A stretch of 64,000 nt of DNA, taken from an uncultured delta proteobacterium (GTDB lineage Bacteria; Myxococcota_A; Polyangia; Polyangiales; Polyangiaceae). This document shows positions 29,433 through 40,053 of this stretch, piece after piece. The stretch covers positions 320,001 through 384,000 of the forward strand of contig CAVQUB010000005.1 in assembly GCA_963716725.1 (NCBI GenBank), read 5' to 3'. Under the pieces are notes generated by a model that worked only from the letters and a program-made list of their open reading frames with translations, was not told the origin of the DNA and ran no database searches. A program made the translations under genes and the position numbers. Every line of letters starts with the position of its first letter. The stretch's first letter is position 1.

Positions 29433-30695
29433 TCATTCGTCGAGGGCGAAGCGCGGGGGGCGCATGCCTCGCCCGGCCTGCGTCTGCAGGTGATCCGCCA
29501 GCGTTTCGAAGGCGATCTCGTCCGCCGTCCGCGCGGGCACGCCGAGCATCTCGGCGCAGCGCCTGAGGAACGCGCGCTCGGCCTCGGACAGGCGCCCATC
29601 GGCGGCGGTCACGTGGGCGATGCCGCGAAGCAGCTCGAAGCGCTCGGCCCCCGCGTTGTCACGCAGCCAGGCCGCGCTCGTCTGCAGCATCGCTTCCGCC
29701 TCGGAGCGGTTCTTGATGCGGGCGACCTCGGCCTCGGGATCTGCGGAGACTGGCAGCAAGAGCTGCACCAGCGTGTTCCAGCCGGCGTCGTCCATCTCGA
29801 TGTCGCCGTCGGTGTAGGCAGCGAGCAGACCGCCCGCCAGGATGAACTCGCGGGCGTTCAGGTCCAGCGGTTCGCTGGGCGCGTAGTCCATGAGCCGGGC
29901 GATGGTCGCTACCTCCTCGTCGACTGCTTCGAGGGTGAGACCACGTTCGCTGGCTTCGCCAAAGAGCTGCAGGGCCCGCACGCGAATCGGGGTCGCCGGA
30001 TGACTGAACTCGGCGAACAGCTCGCGGCGGCTGGCCTTCTGCAGCGACTCGAGCTGCTCGAGGATCGCGGCGATGTCGAAGCGCAGGTGCTCGGGCCCCA
30101 GTCCGCTCTGGATCTTGAAGAAGGCGCTGACCGCCACCTCGAGATCCCCGTTGATGGCGGTGAACCCGGCGCGATCGGCGCTGATCTCGGCCATGCGGTC
30201 CCAGCTCTCGAGCCGCCTCAAGAGCAGCGGTGGCGCCTTGCTCTCGCCAGCCGGGTTCCGGCCAAAGGCCGCGTGGGCCAGGCGAGCCCGATAGTGCCGA
30301 TGGGCCAAGTGCCCCAGCTCGTGCCCGAGCACGAAGGACAGCTCGGCGTCGGTCATGCGTTCGACCAGGGCGCTGGTCAAACTCAGCACGTGGGGCTCGT
30401 CCTCGGCGATGCGGTGCATGGCTGCCGCGTTCACCTGCGGGTCCTGTCCGACGAACATCTCCAGCGGTTCGTCGAAGTCGAGCTTCTCTCTGGCGGCATC
30501 CAATAGGTCGATCAGCCGCGGCGCGATCATTCGGGTCAAGCGAAGCTCCGACGCCAACACGGCGTCGTAGATCGAGCGCGCACCCCCGGACTCGACGAAA
30601 TGGTCGATCAGAACGTCGAGGCCGAAGCGCTGGAACAGGTCGTCGATGAGCGTGCGCTCGGGACCGAAACGGATGGGGTCGAGCACGGTACTCAC
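29433..30695 (-). CDS. M48-family zinc metallopeptidase with C-terminal TerB-like domain
   Basis: NAAA, GHELGH, EISADR and SHP motifs; C-terminal AADGRLSEAERAFL. Confidence 0.8.
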   Translation of the reverse strand: MSTVLDPIRFGPERTLIDDLFQRFGLDVLIDHFVESGGARSIYDAVLASELRLTRMIAPRLIDLLDAAREKLDFDEPLEMFVGQDPQVNAAAMHRIAEDEPHVLSLTSALVERMTDAELSFVLGHELGHLAHRHYRARLAHAAFGRNPAGESKAPPLLLRRLESWDRMAEISADRAGFTAINGDLEVAVSAFFKIQSGLGPEHLRFDIAAILEQLESLQKASRRELFAEFSHPATPIRVRALQLFGEASERGLTLEAVDEEVATIARLMDYAPSEPLDLNAREFILAGGLLAAYTDGDIEMDDAGWNTLVQLLLPVSADPEAEVARIKNRSEAEAMLQTSAAWLRDNAGAERFELLRGIAHVTAADGRLSEAERAFLRRCAEMLGVPARTADEIAFETLADHLQTQAGRGMRPPRFALDE

Positions 30696-30744
30696 GCCGG
30701 CTTGCGTATCACGTTTCGGAGCCCGGGCGTGGTGGAGCTGCTGG

Positions 30745-31431
30745 CTAGCGAAAGCGCGCCTGAAACCCCCGCACCACCATGTCCACGCAGGCCTCGATGG
30801 GCAGCGTCGATGTGTTCAGCAGGAGGTCGTAGTCGTGGGGGCTCGAGTGGTCCTTGTCGAAGTGCTGCCGATGGAACGCGGTGCGTTCGGAGTCGATGCG
30901 CAAGATCTTGGTCCGGGCTTCGGTGCGCCCCAGCCCGTCCCGCGCCGCGATGCGCCTCACCCGTGCATCGAGGGGCGCGTAGGCCCGCACGCGGAGCGTA
31001 CGCTTTGGATCCAGGATGTATTGCGACCCGCGTCCGACGATGACGCCCTTGCCGTGGCGCCCCAGTGACAGGATCACCTTGGTGACGTTCCGCAGGTACT
31101 CCGTCGGGGACAGGGCCCCGCCGTCCATCAACTCCGACACCCACTGCTCGATGTCGTCGCGGGCCCGCTCGTCCAGAGACGCCACGAGCTGCTGCCGAAC
31201 CCGCGCCTGTTTCGAGATCTCGTGCACCAGCTCTTGCGAGTGAAACTGGAACTTGAGACGTTCAGCGGCGAGGCGACCGACCTCCGCGCCCCGCGCGCCG
31301 TACTCGCGCGAGACGACGATCATCGGTTTCTGTTCGACCGGTTCCTTCTGCTCGCGCTTGGTCTGGGTCTTCTGCGTCTCCATCCAGCGAAGAAACTGCC
31401 GATTGACGAGTTGATCGATGGTGCGGCTCAT
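30745..31431 (-). CDS. Cytidylate kinase-like family protein
   Basis: VSREYGARG, VIVGRGS and YDLLLNT motifs. Confidence 0.85.
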   Translation of the reverse strand: MSRTIDQLVNRQFLRWMETQKTQTKREQKEPVEQKPMIVVSREYGARGAEVGRLAAERLKFQFHSQELVHEISKQARVRQQLVASLDERARDDIEQWVSELMDGGALSPTEYLRNVTKVILSLGRHGKGVIVGRGSQYILDPKRTLRVRAYAPLDARVRRIAARDGLGRTEARTKILRIDSERTAFHRQHFDKDHSSPHDYDLLLNTSTLPIEACVDMVVRGFQARFR

Positions 31432-31468
31432 GCCGCCAGCCTATCATCCATGACCGCAATCCAGGTCT

Positions 31469-31894
31469 TCAGTCCTCCGGCCCCAATCGACCGAGGGCCC
31501 ACTTCAGGCAGTCCACCTCGGTCACGATGCCAATCAGATTTCCGTCCTCGACGACGGGAAGGCAGCCGAACCGGCTCTCGAGGATGAGCCGCGATGCGTC
31601 GACTGCTCGGGTGTCCGGCGTCACGGTCTTGAGGTCGGTCTGCATCACCTCGTGCACGCCGACGGTCACGACTTGCTTGTCGCCCTGAGCGACGGTGAAC
31701 GCCTTCACCAACAGGCGTGCGTGGGCCTTGATGATGTCGCGGTGTGAAACGAGGCCGATGAGCTTGCCGTGTTCGACGACCGGCAAGTGTCGGACGCGCT
31801 CGAGCTTCATCACGTCATCGGCCAGCGCAAGATCGGAGCCGGCCGTCAGCGTGACGACTTCGCGGGTCATGATGTCGGCAACGACGGTGGTCAT
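31469..31894 (-). CDS. CBS-domain pair protein
   Basis: VADIMT, RHLPVV...LIGLVS and GCLPVV...LIGIVT. Confidence 0.9.
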   Translation of the reverse strand: MTTVVADIMTREVVTLTAGSDLALADDVMKLERVRHLPVVEHGKLIGLVSHRDIIKAHARLLVKAFTVAQGDKQVVTVGVHEVMQTDLKTVTPDTRAVDASRLILESRFGCLPVVEDGNLIGIVTEVDCLKWALGRLGPED

Positions 31895-32064
31895 GGCCTC
31901 ATGCTAGCCGCTGGCGGGGGATGGACGCACCCGCCGCCGCGCGCGGCCAGCCGGTCAAATTTCGTCGGGAGTTCCTGGGGTTGCCGACAGATGTGCGAAT
32001 TTGTGGGCCGATGTATGTTTTTGTGCGTGCGCTCGATCTCGAAGGGCGCTACACCCTGCCCGAC

Positions 32065-32985
32065 ATGGCAAACCGCATCCGCTTCTCGGGGCTCGCGGCG
32101 CAGCTCGCCGCGCTGAGCATTCTCGTCACCGCAGCTTGCGCCGCGCCGACGTCGGTGGACGGCGAACAGGACGACGGACCTCCGCCGCCGCTCGCCGAGA
32201 ACGGCTCCGGAAACAACGTCGCCACGGGCCTCGCGCCCGGCGCGGGCGGCTCGACGGCCACTGGCGGAGCCGCCGGCGAGGCGGGAGCGGGCGGCGCGCC
32301 TGGTGGCGGCGGCGCGACGGCATCGGGTGGCGCACCGGCCACGACGACCCCGGGCCTCGAAGGCGCCTGGAACTTCGAGGACGTGGGCGTGACCACGACG
32401 AAGGACCAGTCGGGACACGCCCACCACGGCGTGCTCGCCGGCAGCGGCGTCGGCATCGTCAACGGTGGCAAGGTCGGTTCGGCGGCCAGCTTCTCCGGTG
32501 GAGACGGACGCGTCTCGATCACCTCGAACGCCAGCCTGGACTTCACGACTGCCGCCACCATCGAGCTCTGGGTCAAGCTCAGCAGCACGACGGCGGGAGC
32601 CATCGTCGCTCGGCGGGGCGCGGGCGGAGACGGCGTGCGCATCGGCACCAGCCAGGGCAACGTGCAGGTCTCCTTCACCCGTCTGGGGATCGGCTCCGCG
32701 ATCGTCACCAGTGATCCCGGCGCGCTCTCCAGCGGCTGGACTCACCTGGCGGTGGTCAACGACGGCTCGACGCTGAAGCTGTACATCGACGGAAAGCTGC
32801 ATCGGACCGAGATCGGCGGCCAGCTCGGCTACGTGAACGGAGACCTCCTCGTTGGCAAGAGCGGCACCGATTCCGCGCTGAACGGCTACGTCGACGAGCT
32901 CAAATGGTGGTCCGTCGCGCGCACCCCGCAGGAGATCTGTGGCGACGCTGCCGGCGCTTGGAACAACGGCGAATGCACGCTGTGA
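32065..32985 (+). CDS. LamG/concanavalin-like domain lipoprotein
   Basis: TAAC lipobox; TIELWVK, WTHLAVV.DG..LKLYIDG and G.VDEL motifs. Confidence 0.8.
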   Translation: MANRIRFSGLAAQLAALSILVTAACAAPTSVDGEQDDGPPPPLAENGSGNNVATGLAPGAGGSTATGGAAGEAGAGGAPGGGGATASGGAPATTTPGLEGAWNFEDVGVTTTKDQSGHAHHGVLAGSGVGIVNGGKVGSAASFSGGDGRVSITSNASLDFTTAATIELWVKLSSTTAGAIVARRGAGGDGVRIGTSQGNVQVSFTRLGIGSAIVTSDPGALSSGWTHLAVVNDGSTLKLYIDGKLHRTEIGGQLGYVNGDLLVGKSGTDSALNGYVDELKWWSVARTPQEICGDAAGAWNNGECTL

Positions 32986-33081
32986 GCCGCATCCCGCGCC
33001 CACGCCCTTGGTGCTCCGCCCGCTGACCCCGCGGACTCGCGCCCTGAGCTGGGTGGCCACCGCCCCCAGGTCGAGCTGCCA

Positions 33082-33870
33082 GTGATCGAGATCGCCCTTC
33101 GTCCGATCGGCTTCGTCCGCTCGCCGTTCACGGAGCCCGCCCAGGCCCCACGGCAACCGGCTGCCGGGCAGGGCGTCGAGGCGACCATCGAGCTCTTGCC
33201 TGGGCGGGGCTTCGAGTTCGCCCTCGAGGACATCGAAGAGTGGCGCTACCTCTGGGTGTTGTTCTGGTTTCATCGCGCCGAGGGCTGGCGGCCCAAGGTG
33301 AGGCCCCCGCGCAGTCGTCGTCGTCGCGGTGTGTTTGCCACCCGATCGCCCCACCGGCCCAACCCCATTGGGCTCTCGGTTGTCGAGCTCGTGCGTGTGG
33401 AAGGGCTCACCCTCCACGTCCGAGACCTGGACATCCTGGACGGGTCGCCCGTGATCGATCTGAAGCCCTACGTCGCCTACTCGGACGCCGTCGCAGACGC
33501 TGGTGCCGGCTGGCTCGAGAGCGAGGCGCGGCAGGATCCGGGGCCGGTCTGGGAGGTGCGTTTCGAGCTGCGGGCGGCCGAGCAGGCGTCGTTCCTCTCG
33601 GAACGCTTCGGTATCGAGCTTCTCGATCCCGTGACCGCGGCGCTGTCTCTCGGGCCGGCGCCGCACCCCTATCGGCGCATTCGACGAGATGGGGAGACCT
33701 TCGTGCTCGCCCACAAGGAGTGGCGGGCCCGCTTCGTGGTGGAGGGCAAGACGGTTCGCGTGCGGGGCTTCGCCACTGGCTATCGCGCTCGCGAGGTCCA
33801 CAGCGCTGAGGTTGGCCAAGCGCACCGTGCCTTCGTCGAACGTTTCGGCTACCCCGGCGATGCCGGCTGA
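33082..33870 (+). CDS. trmO: tRNA (t6A37) N6-methyltransferase TrmO/TsaA
   Basis: PIGFVRSPF, GVFATRSPHRPNPIGLS and LDGSPVIDLKPY. Confidence 0.9.
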   Translation: MIEIALRPIGFVRSPFTEPAQAPRQPAAGQGVEATIELLPGRGFEFALEDIEEWRYLWVLFWFHRAEGWRPKVRPPRSRRRRGVFATRSPHRPNPIGLSVVELVRVEGLTLHVRDLDILDGSPVIDLKPYVAYSDAVADAGAGWLESEARQDPGPVWEVRFELRAAEQASFLSERFGIELLDPVTAALSLGPAPHPYRRIRRDGETFVLAHKEWRARFVVEGKTVRVRGFATGYRAREVHSAEVGQAHRAFVERFGYPGDAG

Positions 33871-33994
33871 CAAAGTGTCGCGCCGCCCAAGAACGCGTGG
33901 CCGACGGGCGTCAGATTGTCTGGATGCCGACCGGACAAAACGCGAGATGAGCCAGAAATCCAGCTGGGCACGAGGCTTGCTCAGTGGTGCTTCG

Positions 33995-34375
33995 ATGTCT
34001 GGTCATGGTCGTCCCACGCAGAGCCGCGTCACTTGGCTCGAGCTCGTGCTGGGGGTGGGGATCACTGGCGTGGTGGTGGCCGGAGCCGTGTTTGCCTTCG
34101 CCCCGAGCGCGCAGCTGGGCGACGGCGATCTGGCGATCCGCGACGCCCAGCGCATCCGCGATGCCGCCGTCGAGTGGCGTGAGCGCGAGCCCACCGGGTG
34201 TCCGACGCTGACCCAGCTCAAGCACGAGCGAAGGCTCGCGTCCGATGCTCGCACCGACGATCCCTGGGGTGGGCGCTATCGCGTGGCCTGCTCCGGCAGT
34301 GGCGTCGTGGTGGTTTCGCCCGGACGCGACCAGACGCCCGGGACTGCCGACGACGTGCGGGTCCCGAAGGGCTGA
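33995..34375 (+). CDS. GspG-like pseudopilin
   Basis: VTWLELV followed by a hydrophobic helix; DPWGGRY and SPGRDQTPGTADD match the GspG C-terminal motif; start uncertain. Confidence 0.6.
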   Translation: MSGHGRPTQSRVTWLELVLGVGITGVVVAGAVFAFAPSAQLGDGDLAIRDAQRIRDAAVEWREREPTGCPTLTQLKHERRLASDARTDDPWGGRYRVACSGSGVVVVSPGRDQTPGTADDVRVPKG

Positions 34376-34378
34376 GGC

Positions 34379-35690
34379 TCAAGGCCGAGCCGGCAGCTCT
34401 CTTCGCGGCGCGCGCCCCGGGGGAGCGGTCAGCATGGCTCGAGACAGGTAGGGCGTCGCCAGCGGCACCAACTCGATGGACGAATCGAGCTGCTTGCCCA
34501 GCCCCTCGGCCACCAGCAGCGCGATGTTCACCACGGTGAACGAAGGATCGATCTGCACGCGGTGGCGCCGCAAGATGTTCATCATCCCGCTCACGGCCCG
34601 GCTGACCTCCACCTCGCCGAGCTTCTTGTGATAGAGGCCCGCCGAAATAGCTGACGACCTCGCCTTCGAAGGCGGCGTAGTCGGTGCCGATGACCGTCGG
34701 CGCGTGCATGTAGAAGAGCCGCGCGCACTCGGCGCCATCTTGCTGCGAGAGCGCGACGAAGGTCTCGACCCAGGGCCTGAGCAAGTCCGCGGGGATCTCG
34801 CTGACCATGCCGAGATCGATCAACACGACGCGGTCGTCGGGGGTCAGGATGATGTTCCCCGGGTGCAGATCGGCGTGCACGAATCCGTCGTTGAAGATCA
34901 TCTTCAGCACGGCTTCGCCGCCGAGGCGTGCCAGCCTTGCTCGATCGCCGCCGACCTTCTCGGGTTCGGTCGCCTTCACGCCTTCGACGAACTCCATGCA
35001 CAAAACGCGCTCGGTGCAGAGCTCTTCGTACAGCTTGGGCACGCTGACGCCGTCGACCTCGGCGAAGGCTTTGGCGAAGCGCCGGTTGTTGTCGGCCTCG
35101 CGCCGGAAGTCGAGTTGGCCGTGCAGCGCCTCGCCGAAACGCTCCACCGCTCCTGGCAGCGAGAGCATGCGCAGCGCCTCGAAGCGATCGAGCAACCTGG
35201 CCCAAAAGCTCAAGATCGCGAGGTCGCGCTCGATCTGCTTGGCCGCGTCGGGGCGCTGGACCTTCAGCGCAACGGTGTCGCCGGAGCGTAGCCGCGCGCG
35301 GTGCACCTGCGCGACGCTCGCGGCGGCGACCGGCAGCTCGTCAATCTCGGCGACAAGCTCCCGTTCTTTGTCCGCGCCGATCTCGGCGTCGAGCACCCGG
35401 CGCACGGCGGCGAAGGGCGCCGGCGGCACCGCGTCTTGAAGGCGAGCCAGCGGCCCGATGAAGCCGGGTCCGAGCAGATCGGGACGCGTGCTGGAGATCT
35501 GTCCGAACTTGATGAAGGTCGCGCCCAAACGCTGGAGTAGGTCTGCGACGACTTCGCCCCGCAATCTCTCGAGCTGCTCCGGGCCGATGCGTCCTGCCCA
35601 CGCCCGGCGCCACAGGTAGCGGAGTACGCCGATGGAGCAGGTCAGGAAGATGCGCGCGAAGCGCAGCCAGAGAGTGAGCAGACCGATCAC
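34379..35690 (-). CDS. ABC1/UbiB/AarF-family atypical kinase; +1 frameshift near 34642
   Basis: FIKFGQ..STRPD, AAASVAQVH, VALKVQRP, HADLHPGN and IDLGM; C-terminus in ORF 34379..34738. Confidence 0.85.
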
Positions 35691-35693
35691 GAC

Positions 35694-36422
35694 TCACTGT
35701 GCGGGTTCGACCGCGTTGTCGCGGTCGGATTCCGGGGTTCCGGCCGCGCGCCGACCACACTGCCGCACCGCGATGACGATCAGCACCACGATGGCGATCA
35801 CCGCGTACCACTCCCAGCGGTGACGCGACCGCGGAGGTGCTCGCACCGAGACCGGCACGGCCCCTCGGTCCGGTCCGCTGCCGATCGCCGCTTGAATGGC
35901 GACCTGGTGGTGCTCTCGGCGCGCCGGCGGGGTCCCCTGGAACGTGATCCAGAACCACCCCGCGCGGGCCTCCGCTTCCCGCGACGCAGCGTACAACTGC
36001 ATCGCGGTGGGCAGCTCGGTTCGAAGCCAACCCGGCGCCGGAAACGTCGTGGTCTTGGTCGAGCATTGCCCGCACTCGAGGCTGTCGTCGGTGCCAGGCT
36101 CGACGAGCATGATCTCGCATCTGCACTTGTCGCAACGCGGAGCTCCCAGCGCGTAGCGCGCTGTCAGCTTGCCTTCCGCGGTCGCCTGCTCGGCCACCCG
36201 CGTGTCCGGATCGGAGTCCGGCAGGTCGAAGCTCTTCTCGTCGATCTCGCCGAAGAGTTGGGCCCAGGTCGTGCTTGCGAGCTCGACGGACTCGCCGCAG
36301 GCCGAGCACGCCAGGCGCAAGAGCGGCGCGCAGAACCCCACCGGGCGGTGGCAGGCCGCACATGAGGCTTCGATTTCCAGCCGGACGGGGCGCTGGAGGG
36401 CTGCCCGGGGCGCGCTCGACAT
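35694..36422 (-). CDS. Zinc-ribbon membrane protein
   Basis: Four CxxC pairs (CAAC, CSAC, CDKC, CGQC) and a C-terminal TM helix. Confidence 0.6.
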   Translation of the reverse strand: MSSAPRAALQRPVRLEIEASCAACHRPVGFCAPLLRLACSACGESVELASTTWAQLFGEIDEKSFDLPDSDPDTRVAEQATAEGKLTARYALGAPRCDKCRCEIMLVEPGTDDSLECGQCSTKTTTFPAPGWLRTELPTAMQLYAASREAEARAGWFWITFQGTPPARREHHQVAIQAAIGSGPDRGAVPVSVRAPPRSRHRWEWYAVIAIVVLIVIAVRQCGRRAAGTPESDRDNAVEPAQ

Positions 36423-36510
36423 CGAGTCGCATTGTATAGACCCATTCGAGCTTCCAGACAGCCAAAGAGTCGGGTAGCGGTGGGCGCTGGATGCCGTAGC
36501 ATTCCCTGGC

Positions 36511-37224
36511 GTGCGCCGACGTCGACCTCCTCTTTTCCTCGAGCCCGGCGGGCCGCTGTTCTTCCCCAACCCGGAAGCTCACGACGACGAAGGCCTGGTG
36601 GCCGTGGGCGGCGATCTGTCCCCGGCGCGGCTCCTACTCGCCTACGAGAGCGGGATCTTTCCCTGGTACGACGAGGGCATGCCGCCGCTCTGGTGGTCGC
36701 CCAATCCGCGGGCGGTGATCGAGCCAGAGCACCTCCACGTGTCGCGCAGCACCAAGCGAGTCATCCGTGCGTCGAGCTTCGAGCTCAGCTTCAACCGGGC
36801 CTTCGACGCCGTGATGCGCGCCTGCGCGGATCGCGAAGAAGGCACCTGGATCTTGCCGGAGATGCTGGCAGCGTACTCGGAGTTGCATCGCCTCGGTCAC
36901 GCCCATAGCTTCGAGGTTTGGGCCGACGGCGAGCTCGTGGGTGGGCTGTACGGGGTGCAGCGCGGTGGGCTGTTCGCCGCCGAGAGCATGTTCCACCGCG
37001 CGACCAACGCCTCGAAGCTGGCGCTGATCGCCGCGGTGAGAGCCGTGGTCGCCCGTGGGGTGCGACTCTTCGACACGCAGCTGCTCACGCCCCACCTCGA
37101 GTCCCTCGGAGCCTGCGCGATCCCCCGCCGCACCTACCTCGAGCGTCTGGCCCGCGCGAGGGGCCTGAGGGTGGACCTCTCCGGGATAGAACCGCTGGAA
37201 TTCATGCATGAAATCCAATCTTGA
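36511..37224 (+). CDS. aat: Leucyl/phenylalanyl-tRNA--protein transferase
   Basis: GLVAVGGDL, AY..GIFPW, WWSP.PR, GGLYG and ESMF....NASK. Confidence 0.95.
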   Translation: MRRRRPPLFLEPGGPLFFPNPEAHDDEGLVAVGGDLSPARLLLAYESGIFPWYDEGMPPLWWSPNPRAVIEPEHLHVSRSTKRVIRASSFELSFNRAFDAVMRACADREEGTWILPEMLAAYSELHRLGHAHSFEVWADGELVGGLYGVQRGGLFAAESMFHRATNASKLALIAAVRAVVARGVRLFDTQLLTPHLESLGACAIPRRTYLERLARARGLRVDLSGIEPLEFMHEIQS

Positions 37225-37257
37225 TATTTCCGAGGAAACTAGTGCTAGATTAGCCTC

Positions 37258-38178
37258 GTGCAGCAGCCTCCGGGCCCTCGAGCTCTGACTCACCTCGCGC
37301 GCCTCGAGGCCGAGAGCATCCACATCATCCGGGAGGTCGCCGCCGAGTTCGACAACCCGGTCATGCTCTACAGCATCGGGAAGGACTCGGCGGTGATGGT
37401 CCACCTGGCGCGCAAGGCGTTCCACCCGGGTCCGTTGCCCTTTCCGCTGCTGCACATCGACACCACGTGGAAGTTCCGCGCGATGATCGAATTCCGGGAT
37501 CAGTTCTGCAAGGTGCTCGGGCTCGATCTCCGAGTGCACTCGAATCAGCAGGGGATCCACGAAGGCATCAACCCCTTCGACCACGGCAGTCAGAAGTACA
37601 CGACCGTGATGAAGACGCAGGCGCTGCTGCAGGCGCTGTCGGCGGGGGGCTACGACGCGGCCTTCGGGGGCGCGCGTCGTGACGAAGAGCGATCGCGTGC
37701 CAAGGAGCGCATCTACTCGTTCCGGGATCGCTTTGGCCAGTGGGATCCTAAGAACCAGCGGCCGGAACTCTGGAACCTGTACAACGCGAAGATCACGAAG
37801 GGCGAGAGCATTCGCGCCTTCCCGCTTTCGAATTGGACTGAGCTCGACGTTTGGCTCTACATCCACCTCGAAGAGATCCCGATCGTGCCGCTCTACTTCG
37901 CGGCAGAGCGCCCGGTGGTGGAGCGTGACGGGGCGCTGATCATGGTGGACGACGAGCGCATGCGCCTCCGGCCCGGCGAAGAGCCGCGACTCGAGAGCGT
38001 GCGCTTCCGCACCCTCGGCTGCTACCCGCTCTCGGGAGCCATCCGGTCATCGGCCACGACTCTGCCCGAGATCATCCGCGAAATGCTCTTGACCAAGCAC
38101 TCCGAGCGCCAAGGTCGCCTGATCGACTTCGACGAAGAAGGCTCGATGGAGACCAAGAAACGCGAAGGGTACTTCTGA
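37258..38178 (+). CDS. cysD: Sulfate adenylyltransferase subunit 2
   Basis: [39 protein letters not shown] and KKREGYF. Confidence 0.97.
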   Translation: MQQPPGPRALTHLARLEAESIHIIREVAAEFDNPVMLYSIGKDSAVMVHLARKAFHPGPLPFPLLHIDTTWKFRAMIEFRDQFCKVLGLDLRVHSNQQGIHEGINPFDHGSQKYTTVMKTQALLQALSAGGYDAAFGGARRDEERSRAKERIYSFRDRFGQWDPKNQRPELWNLYNAKITKGESIRAFPLSNWTELDVWLYIHLEEIPIVPLYFAAERPVVERDGALIMVDDERMRLRPGEEPRLESVRFRTLGCYPLSGAIRSSATTLPEIIREMLLTKHSERQGRLIDFDEEGSMETKKREGYF

Positions 38179-38183
38179 GCGCC

Positions 38184-40037
38184 ATGGGCGACGACGAGCT
38201 GATCCAGTCCGACATCGACGAGTACCTGCGTCGTCACCAGCACAAGGCGCTCTTGCGTTTCGTCGCCGTCGGCTCGGTGGACGACGGGAAGTCCACGCTG
38301 ATCGGTCGCCTGCTGCACGACACACACGGCATCTACGAAGATCAGCTCAGCGCCGTCAAGCGCGCGACCAAACAGGGCAGCGACGAGATCGACTTCTCCC
38401 TCTTCACCGACGGGCTCAAGGCGGAGCGCGAGCAAGGCATCACCATCGACGTTGCCTACCGGTACTTCTCGACGGACAAACGCAAGTTCATCATCGCCGA
38501 CACGCCCGGGCACGTTCAGTACACCCGGAACATGGCTACCGGCGCCTCGACGGCCGACCTCGCCATCATCCTCATCGACGCGCGCCTCGGTGTCCTGCAG
38601 CAGTCGCGCCGCCACGCATTCATCGCGTCGCTTCTCGGGATACGGCACCTGTGTGTCTGCGTGAACAAGATGGACTTGGTCGCCTTCGACCAACAGGTCT
38701 ACGAGCACATCCGCGCGGAGTTCTCCCGCTTCGCCGGGCGTCTGGGCTTCGATCGAGTTGTCTTCATTCCGGTCAGCGCGCTCGCTGGCGACAACGTGGT
38801 CGACCGTAGCGCCCGGGCAGCGTGGTACTCGGGATCGACGCTGCTCGAGCACCTCGAGACCCTGAGCCTCGATGGCGCCGCGAACGAACGCTTCCGCTAT
38901 CCGGTCCAAGCCGTGCTTCGGCCGAACCTCGATTACCGGGCGTTTGCCGGGCAAATCGCCTCGGGCAGCGTGTCCGTCGGCGACGAGATCTTGGTCTTGC
39001 CGTCCCGAAAGCGTTCGCGCATCGCCGCCATCGACACCTTCGAAGGAGCGATCGAGCAGGCTCACGCGCCCATGAGCGTGGCGCTGCGGTTGACGGACGA
39101 GGTCGACGTCAGCCGGGGGGACATGCTGGTTCGACCGGACGAGCTGCCGACGGTGGCGCGTCGTTTCGAGGCGACCTTGGTCTGGATGAGCGAACGGGCG
39201 CTGGATCCCGAGCGCAGCTACTTCCTGAAACATTCGACGCAGTACGTGCGCGCGCAGATCGAGCGGGTCGTTCACACCATCGATCTCGAAACCCTCGAGC
39301 CCGTCCCGGCGACGCACCTGGAGCTGAACGACATCGGCCGCGTCGTGGTGTCTTGTCACCGACCCTTGTTCTTCGACCCTTACACCGAGAGCCGCGTCAC
39401 CGGTGCGTTCGTGCTGATCGACTCGATCACGAACAACACGGTTGCTTCTGGGATGATCGCGGCGGCGAGCGTGGGCGAGGCGGAGCGCGACGTCGGTGCT
39501 CCGATGAAGCGCCCGCGTTCGACGGTGAGCCGGGCCGAACGCCACGAACGGCTCGGGCAGTCCGGCGCTGCGATCTGGCTCTCGGGGCTGCCTGCGTCGG
39601 GGAAGAGCAGCATCGCCTACGCGCTGGAGCGCGTGCTCTTCGATCGCGGCAAGGTGGCCGTCGTGATGGACCCGAACGACGACGTGACGGGCGAGCTGGG
39701 GCCTGGCGGTGGCAGCCCGCCTCACGCGCCGGAGGTCGCGCGTCGCATGGTGGATGCGGGGCTGATCGGCATCTTTGCCTTCGAATCGCCGCTGGCCACC
39801 GACCGCGCGCAGATCCGCGAGCTGGTGGGCGCGCTGCGCTACTTCGAGGTGCACGTAGCGACCCCCTTGGCGACCTGCCGCGCTCGCGACACGCACGGCG
39901 CCTACGACGTCGCGCACGGGACGCCGGCGTTCGAGCCACCGGCGGCCCCGGATCTGGTCGTGTCCGCAGGCACCGACGACGCGGACGCCATCGCCGGGGC
40001 GATCTACCGCGCTCTCGAAGCCAAGGGCCTGGTGTGA
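38184..40037 (+). CDS. cysNC: Sulfate adenylyltransferase subunit 1 with fused, divergent APS-kinase domain
   Basis: GSVDDGKST, EREQGITIDVAY, DTPGH and NKMD; C-terminal WLSGLPASGKSS. Confidence 0.93.
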   Translation: MGDDELIQSDIDEYLRRHQHKALLRFVAVGSVDDGKSTLIGRLLHDTHGIYEDQLSAVKRATKQGSDEIDFSLFTDGLKAEREQGITIDVAYRYFSTDKRKFIIADTPGHVQYTRNMATGASTADLAIILIDARLGVLQQSRRHAFIASLLGIRHLCVCVNKMDLVAFDQQVYEHIRAEFSRFAGRLGFDRVVFIPVSALAGDNVVDRSARAAWYSGSTLLEHLETLSLDGAANERFRYPVQAVLRPNLDYRAFAGQIASGSVSVGDEILVLPSRKRSRIAAIDTFEGAIEQAHAPMSVALRLTDEVDVSRGDMLVRPDELPTVARRFEATLVWMSERALDPERSYFLKHSTQYVRAQIERVVHTIDLETLEPVPATHLELNDIGRVVVSCHRPLFFDPYTESRVTGAFVLIDSITNNTVASGMIAAASVGEAERDVGAPMKRPRSTVSRAERHERLGQSGAAIWLSGLPASGKSSIAYALERVLFDRGKVAVVMDPNDDVTGELGPGGGSPPHAPEVARRMVDAGLIGIFAFESPLATDRAQIRELVGALRYFEVHVATPLATCRARDTHGAYDVAHGTPAFEPPAAPDLVVSAGTDDADAIAGAIYRALEAKGLV

Positions 40038-40053
40038 GCCCTCGCCCGCGGAG

